The notes below the pieces were generated by a model. It saw only the letters and a program-made list of their open reading frames with translations. It was not told where the DNA came from and did not search any database. 64,000 nucleotides of DNA, taken from Botryllus schlosseri. Taxonomy: Eukaryota. Positions 39,701 to 48,700 of this stretch are shown piece after piece. The stretch's first letter is position 1; every line of letters starts with the position of its first letter. The position numbers and the translations under genes were made by a program. The DNA lies in assembly GCA_051294905.1 (NCBI GenBank), contig CM119377.1:2914001-2978000 (forward strand), written 5' to 3'.

Positions 39701-42700
39701 AACGTCGACAATGTGTGAAGAGTCTTTACGCAACAGACTTACTCGTGTAGTAGCACCAAGTTCATCTATCGCAGTGGAATGATGTTTGAAAGTGTAAATA
39801 TAGAGTGGGGATGTGTGTTTCAATTGCGCACACTTTATGCAAAATCATTTCCGATGTATACAGAAAATAATTCGTGAGGGGTACGCATTGGAAAAAGTTT
39901 GAGAACCCCTGATTTACTTGTTTCGTTGATCATAAAATCTGATATAAATTGGTGCGGTAAAAGAAATTTGGGCCAAGTCCGACATCATGACCCAATGTCT
40001 GAGAACCACAATGAAAGCTGTGAATATGTACCTGTTCGTTTATTGCCAGCTTTGCCTTTTTGATATCATCTCTTCTTCCCGTCAGCTTCAAATAATTCTG
40101 TCTGCACCAACCCACGTTAACCCCAGTCCGGGCGGACACATTCTGCAATTGGGACAACGTCTAGTAACTATATGTGTCACAAACATGAGTAAAATGCTTA
40201 TTACCTGCAAAACTTCATGAGAAATTTTACGGCAATTGTCAGGTTTTATGTACATTTCCTTGGACTCCATCTTAACAAATATGTAAAATACATTCGTTGT
40301 AAACTTTGTTACAGCAACTAAACACACAATGATTCTCTTGCACTGAAATAATAAAATATAAAGCAGGAAGAGTACAGATTCAAGTCACTATGCATTAGCA
40401 AACATGATACATTCTTGTTACAACTTACAGCTTCTGACAGACAAAATTGACCTCAGTTGAAAAATAATTATCAAGCATCTGGCATTTCACTCATATCAGC
40501 TCGCGTACCAAATATCAATATTGTCAGCGTCAACAAGATTCAGAACACACAAAAGCAAACATAAATTCAACTACATAGCGCAGGTCACCTTATACAAAAA
40601 TAAATAACAACGCCACACAAGATATCTGCCGTTTGAGTTGAGTACTCAAAAGCGATACAAAATAGGAAGTTGCTGCTGACCAGTTAGCCTACAGACATCA
40701 AAATGAAGAGAAAATATTATTATGACATAAGATGTGCTTGCTACTTGGAATCATTGAAGTGTAGAGAATCAACAAGCCCATTCTTCACACTAAATGGTTT
40801 CAGTATTGTGCGAGCATTGTGTAATTTAGTTTTAAATGTATGCCCACCTTGAATTTTCAATTCATTAGGGCGCTGCAATTGCTAATAAGTTCACAGAGCG
40901 CAACATTTACAAGAATAGTTTGGGTAGAGGTTGGTAGGTAACCCGGTTATGAGTATGAGAGTATCCAACAACATGACTCTACTAATGTACTATAACTTTG
41001 TCACACATTACAACACTTCTCTCGCTTCATACCTAGTTAAACGTGTGTCTTGGGGATGTGTTTTTAATGTTACTGGATCCTTGATAAAATTGCTAGGTTA
41101 CCTGAAAAACGGTCACAACAAATTTGTCTCAATCCCCGCCTGTAGAAGCATTGCTATTAGAGGAGTACAGTTTGGATGTATTAAATTAAAATAAATAGAT
41201 TTTTTTTTAATTGTTTGGTTGTCTAAAAAACGTGCATAACAAATTTGGCTCAATTCCGATCCGTTGAACAGTGGTTTTCAAACATTTTTAGAGACGCCCC
41301 CCTTGATGCTAGTGAAAAATTTTGCGCGCCCCTATCGCCATATATAACAAAATTAAAAAGAGCATCCATAATGTTTGCAATCGCAACACATAGTTTTATG
41401 GTATCGAATGCTGAGACTGATGAGAGACTTACCAAATATGAAGTTCGGATTATAAACAGAGCAATAATTACGAGCTGGAGGTAAATCGCGCAGGCGATGA
41501 AAAAGCTTTCAATTGAATATTTTGTCAAAAATAATCATGCGAAGTGGTTGCACATAACATTTAGATATTTTAGCGAGTTTAGTGTCTAATCCCTTCTATT
41601 ACCATACTTGAGCTTGGCTGAACGGGGTGCTAAATAAAAAACCAATGGAGAGGCCAGCACGCCACTCAAACTTGGCACTTCGTCACGGAACAAACAATTT
41701 TCTTTAACGGTCGCAGGTGTTCGGCAAGAGAATAAATAATTTAAACGCATACTTTGTGCTGCCATAAAATGCGCTTCTTAAGAGTGTCATTTACAAAAAA
41801 AAAGTGTCCTTATTGAGTATATTAGGAGGGGCTACTTTAACGTTATTGTAAGCCACTTCGATTTAAATCCACGTTTTTTAGATTAAAACATATTATACAT
41901 GGCTTATGACACAACCTTATAAAGATATAACTTATTCCTACATGAATTTATGTCATTCAAGTTTCTACTCACTCTGCACTGGTGCTTGACAGACAAGCCC
42001 TAAAAGCGTCATCAAACAGCTACAAACAATCAAACATTCACCAGTTACTCTTAATTCAGATAATAATAAGATCTCGGTTGCTTTCACACCTTATTTAACG
42101 TCCACTTGCAAAGTAATAATTATATTTATTACACGAGCTTTCGGAGCGCCGCTCCTTCATCAGGTGTTAAAGTGAAAGTCAGAGACATCTTTTGATCGAC
42201 GCAAAGTCCGGTTTCAGTCAAAATTCAGAATCAGTGTTGGGATGGTACGGCGCAATCAAGACATTTAAATCGTAATTTAATGAAGATTACTGCCTTTGTT
42301 GAAACCTGGAAGTTTCAGCACAAATCAAACTCATTCCGAGTTCAAGGAACCATTTTCTCTCAGGCGGCTTCACGCCCCCAGTTTGAGAACCACTGCCATA
42401 GAATCTAACGTATTTGAGAATAAATTGAAGATTTGAAAAAAATAGTATTTACGGCGGAAAGTTCTATCATTATTTATTGTTTTCTACTGCTACTATTTTC
42501 TATTATATTATTTATTAAATCCGAAACTTTCTCCTCTAATGCTTCTCCTGTACAGGTTGGAAATGAGCCAGATTTTGTGTGCTGCGTTTTTTTAGGCACA
42601 CTATTAATTTATCCAATACCCAGTATAATTTGAAAAGAAATAGTTAATTTAGAGCAGCCCCAGTATGTATCTATCATCTCAGCATCAGACTCATGCACGC

Positions 42701-45700
42701 CTACTCCTATTGCAGATTTATATGCGAGTAATCCAGTCAATATCATGGCAAAGTCTCATTCAATATGTAATGCCAACAAAATCCAAGCTAACCTGGTTCA
42801 CTTTCCCTTTCATCTGATGTATCTTCTGTTCCACATCTTTCACTCGACCACTGACCGATATCGTTAATACCCCTTTCAAGCTCGAGAGCAGATGCACATC
42901 CACGGCAGCATCATTATGTTCAGCAGGGTCAAACGTATCAACGGTCTGAGTACGCACGGTGAATTGTGAGAAGAATTCGTCTAGGATTCTCTCGCATTCC
43001 TTGCGCCAATTTCCTGCAGCCTGCAAGATAATCATATGATATGAATCATTACGAAGTCGCGTGAATGCAAAAAAATGATAAACAAAAATTCAAGTATAAC
43101 AAAATAAAAAGACACACAAGTGTTATTTCCAAAAATGAAGTTTATTTTAGTGAAATGACGATCAGCGATACGGCCGTTACATCGTCATGTCAGCTGGTAA
43201 CATCATACAGTCATATATGTTATAAATGCAAATATATCTTGCAAAAAGTATGATGAATTAATATGTATAACATCAAGTGCGAACGCAATACGCATATTAC
43301 ATTATTATTAGGGCAAGTTTTTGTTACATTCAAATCGGTGGAAAGTGGCATTTATGGACAAGTTCCTTGAAATTATAAGGGTACGAGATACTCAAATCGT
43401 TCCGTATCCAAGGCACTCTAACACACTCAGTGTTGGCGACTTCAACAAAAATTGACCCAGTGAAAATATTAATTTCGTCGGTCTAGCCCAGTGGTTCCCA
43501 ACGTGGGCGATATCACCCCCCAGGGGGCGATTCCGCGGTCTAGGGGGGCGAAAATAACGAAGGGGGCGATAGGGGGGCGAAAGCGGACGAAGGGGGCGAT
43601 AGGGGTGAAAACAACGAAGGGGGCAATAGGGGGGCGATGGCGCGTTAAAACGGCTATATTGGAGTAGGGACCGTAACTACCGCACCCCAAACCCCCCAAT
43701 TGGTGGTGGGGGGCCCGAAATCATAGGAAGCCCAAAATTATTTTGTGAATTAACATGAATGATAGAGTAATTTTTTAGAAATTCATTCGACTTTTTCAAA
43801 AAATTTTCGCGCGGCGCGCAATTTAATATTTTCATGTATCTTGATGTTGGGGTCCCCGCCACCCAACAAAAATACGCATAATTTATGGAAATGGGAGGCT
43901 TCGGCGTCGGCCATTACTGCGCCACGACGCACCAAGACATATGAAGTTAGAGGCCATGTAACATGCGACTCCGAGAAGTGTGCCAGAACGATCAGCAGCG
44001 AGAAGACCTTGGCCGAAAAGAAATGCCCTTGTGCTGACCGAAAACTTCGATGTATTTACATATATGTTAAATTGTCCATAGGCGCCTTAATGGCTGGCGT
44101 CGAATGTTTCTGTCCTGGCGACCTTAACCCTACAGGACAAATGCCATCCCCACAAGGAAAGAATTATTCGCCAGTAAAGAAATACCAATATATGAAATCA
44201 TGTGAGTCTTTTAGTTTGGTACGTTTTGACGATTTCCATATCTTCTGACATAGCAGATATAGGAGGTCACGAAATAGCATCATGTAAAGAAGTCAATATC
44301 AACGATTCCGCCCGAAGATGTTTAATTATTATTTAGGGGTCCTACCTTTTTCAACATACCACATCGACCATATTGACCAATTCAAACATGAATTATATAA
44401 AATTGTCGCGCCTCGCCCGTTTAGGCGAAATACCGTGACTCACCAAACAGTACATGAAATAGGGTATAGCTGATATGTAGCGACAAAAAGCCCACTGGCT
44501 GAGGGGGGTCTGGGGTTTGGTTTATCACCCTATGCAGCCAAAGACCAACGTTTTTTCGGGTAGAGGGGGGAGCTGACGAAGTGCTGTTTTTCGGTTCCCA
44601 ACTGGGGGGCGATGATCGGTGTGGAGCTTCAAAAGGGGGCGATGAGTCGGAAAAGGTTGGGAACCACCGGTCTAGCCTGAATGCACGTCAAATCAGAAAC
44701 GACCTCCAATTTAAACTACAGTGAAATAATCAAGTGATCTATTTACATATAGTGCCAAATATTTCTACTAAAATGTTAGTTTCATGAAAAATCGAAAAGA
44801 AAACTTGCAAAAAGTTGCAATATAAGATTCATTCAAACAGCTTAATGCACCATACTACGTAATTTTTGAGTATTTGGATAGCTGCCAAAAGCTGTAAAAA
44901 ATGTCGCAAAAGTTGCAAAAACTTGCCCTAATTATTATCTTACGTGTACATGTACGCGAATTTACTGCTGTCAATCAAACTAGATGAAACAAGTAACAAG
45001 TAAGGTACCTATACAAATAACTTTAACAAGTAAAAAAATAATTAAAAAATAAGAAGCAAACGACAACAAATTTACTGTTATATTTTTCATGAACTGTAAC
45101 AGTTGAGCTAAGAGGAAAATTCATACTGGTGTTGAGCTTAAAGTAGAACAGACATAAAAATTTTGACTCGTCAGAGTTGCAAATTTTTGTGTGCAGATTG
45201 GCCAGAGTCGTACTCATTATAATATTTATTGCATTGAGTTTGTACTTTTTCTTATCTGCGTGAGTAGGGTTCGAACTTGTGGAATTTACTGACGGTATCA
45301 ATGGACCTCGACTAGAGAGATTGTTGATCTACAATATGAAAAACAATTATCACTTTTTCCAAAATATAGCTTCAACGAGCTACAATAATTAGATAAATGT
45401 AACGTCGAGCTGGTGTCAAAGTCGCAAATGTTGGCAAGCAAGAGTATTAGACTCTCGTAATTCAAGTAATCTGTGGTGCAATTCACTAGCCAGAAGCTTG
45501 TTCTCGAGGCAATGTTAGGATTCCAGTGTTTACAAAATGAAAGATATCATGAAATTGTGATGTCACAAGAATCTGGACCAGCGCAGAAATGTGGCTTTCA
45601 GTTCATTATAGTAGGGAAAATGTTATGTAATTATTTATGGTAGGTTACAAAGTTGGATGGGTCTTACGTTCAGCGTGGACTGCATTGAAACCCCACTTTG

Positions 45701-48700
45701 AGTTACTAATAATAGCCAGTTTTCAAATTTTTAACAGTGATCTTCACTAGATACCTAAAGTCATTATTAGCACTATACACAGTATACAGAGCTACCCAAC
45801 GCCAATGAATAAAATCACCTACTTGAGTAGGAAAATTAGCTAGCGGCTTAATTGCCACATGATCCACTGCAATGTTCACATTCGCATTTGCCTTTTTCAT
45901 TTCCAGTTCCAGTCTCCCTAAATCTTCAGGTCTCAACGATATGTATTTCATGATTTCCTTTTGAAATATATTGTCCTTTCCTTCTGGGTGTTGCCATTTA
46001 AAAGGTTGCAGTGCTGTAACAATTTTATACCGCGTTACAATATATCTCAAAGGAAATCGTAAAACACTATAGTTATGATATAGAAGCTGCATGCGAATGA
46101 TCCTAACCGAAATGTCACTCGGAAATTTTTGACACGACACAAATTTCCAACAGTGGTCATAATATTGTCAATTAAAGAATACATGCAGAGTTGTTTCAAC
46201 TGAAGGCATAAGTAACACAGTTAGTTCGTGAAAAGACCATGGTCGATATTACCGCATTTCTGCAAAGCGAGTAACAACTTTCAAAACCCCATAGCTAGGG
46301 CAATTTTTTTTTTGACCTAAAAAACGGAAGATTTTGACCTAAAAAATCTAAATTTTGACCTTTTTTGACCTAAAAAAACTGAAATTTGACCAAATTTTTA
46401 CCTCAAGTATGCAAATTAGGTGTTTTCGCATATAATGTTAAAATTGTACTACTTATCTTCATTTCTGGTTGGAACTGTCTGTCCTTACAAAGTAGATTGG
46501 CCTGAAAAAACGTTTTTGGCTCAAAAACTGACAGATTTTTACATGAAAAACTAGTCTTTAACGAAATCTGGCCCTATGAAGAATTCCAGTAGTTACATTA
46601 CGTATTCTGGTGGAAATAATTAAAATTTGTTGTAGTACAACGAAAGATCCTTTCCTACATTCTCGGGTAGAAAGTGTCTGTCCTTACTACGTAGCTTGCC
46701 AAGAACGGAGATAGAACGTTCAACAGCAGCATTTGTTGGCTGACAACACTCAAGTTGTGTGCACACTGCTGGTGACAAACCGTCTTGCTTCATTCTGACA
46801 ATGTTGTCTATATCACAATTTTTCAGCTTGCGCTTCTTGATATAAGAACCATGCAATGTCCAAGCAGTCTTGCTTCAGCTAGGATATTGCGGTACGTTGA
46901 TCATAAAACCATGTCACTATTTGTTTCATTTGACCATTTATGATTCACAATGAGCAGACGATGGTCCGTTTACAACGGTAGGCCTATAAAGTAGGCTACA
47001 AGCTGTAAAATATCAAATGATAAGTTCACCGACAGCGCAAAATCTACGATACAAACGAAATGCAGAGGTCAAAAAATGTTTGACTTTGTAAACAATTTTG
47101 ACAAATTTTGACCTAACGCTACAATTTTGACCTAATTTTGACTTTTTTTGACATGTCAAAAAAAAATTGCCCTACCCATAGCACATGCTACATTGCTACA
47201 CACAACTATTTATGGTATTAATATATGCCTACTCGCTACTCTGATGAGTGATGACCTTCACTATTGATTGACTTGCGATCGGGAAGGGGTATCATTGATT
47301 CCAGTAATTCGCAGCACTTTGGTAGCTATCATATGAATAAAACTTTAATTTTGTTCAAAACTGCGGGAAGCTGTAGCATACTAAAAACTGTGACTAGCCC
47401 ACCACTGAAAAATCTCAAATATTGTGGTATAAAAATGTCACTTATAACTCACCATTGCTAGCATCATTGACTTTCAAAGAATTGGCAGATCCTAAATAGA
47501 AGCCAATACTGTATATAAATAAATTGGAGGAATAGATGATAATCTACAGACACAACCGAAAACCAGTACCTGGTTGATTCAAAGGTACTATGAAACTTCA
47601 ACAGTAGAGCATATGTACAAAGAATAAGCACTCCTTAAAAGAATTTAATCTTGCTTATAAAAAAACTGCTCAAGAAACCAACATTAAGTAACACAATTTC
47701 GATATTATTTTCATTTATATTCTATTGAAGTTCTGTACGTCTAAGAAGGTCTTCAAATATTTATATTCTACAAAGTGATATTGCTACCTTTTCTCTGCTT
47801 TTGCTTAGCGCCTTTATTGGCCGGTGTCGCTTTCAGATTGTTATTTGGACCATCAACTGAAAATAAGATAGAAATTAGGTTATAATCAATAATAATTTCG
47901 ATAAAAAGTTGCAACAATTATATTCATTTCAATTGTTACCATTTAAAATAACAGCGTAGCTAACATCTGTCAGAATATTGAAGCGGTACAAACGCAAAGA
48001 AGCAACAAAAATTGCATATAAATCAGTCAAGTAGACAATAAATTATGCATTGCAAAATGTACGAATGTACAAAAGGCCTGAAAACAGTAAAGAAATTTTA
48101 ATCTTCAATAGATTATATTCCAAATACAATCGAGTACGACGATTGGTGATTATTGAAATTGCTCATTGGATCAGTCATTTAATTACATAGCTTCAAAGAC
48201 CGACAAGGAACCTCCCACAAGACAATTTTATCGTCCATATCCGAATATATATACCAAAATTTCATTAATTAACTCCATATGACATCATGTTGAGATTACA
48301 ACACAACGATATGAAGTATAAACCACACCAATTACTGTGGCAAATTTTTCAATTTACAGTTCGAGCGGACCATAAAGACGTGTTTATAAATATGGCATGC
48401 TGACAAAAACTTTGCCCGTAATCAATCCATATTCTATCACAGTAACAGAACAGTAACCATTAATACCAACCGAAGAATATTGTTTTGATGGATGGAAGCT
48501 CACAGAATGTAATGACATTTTTATGAAAATACAAAATTTCCAACTTCAGTATTACTTCCGGTATGTATTGTAGGGTAATTAGCAAATACTGGCAGTGCCT
48601 TACCCATATTTATTTCAAAACCTCAATAGAAATATCAGTCAGTAGATAAAGTGATAACAAGGTCTAAATATCATTCAACAAAAATTGAGCATTGCGAGGA

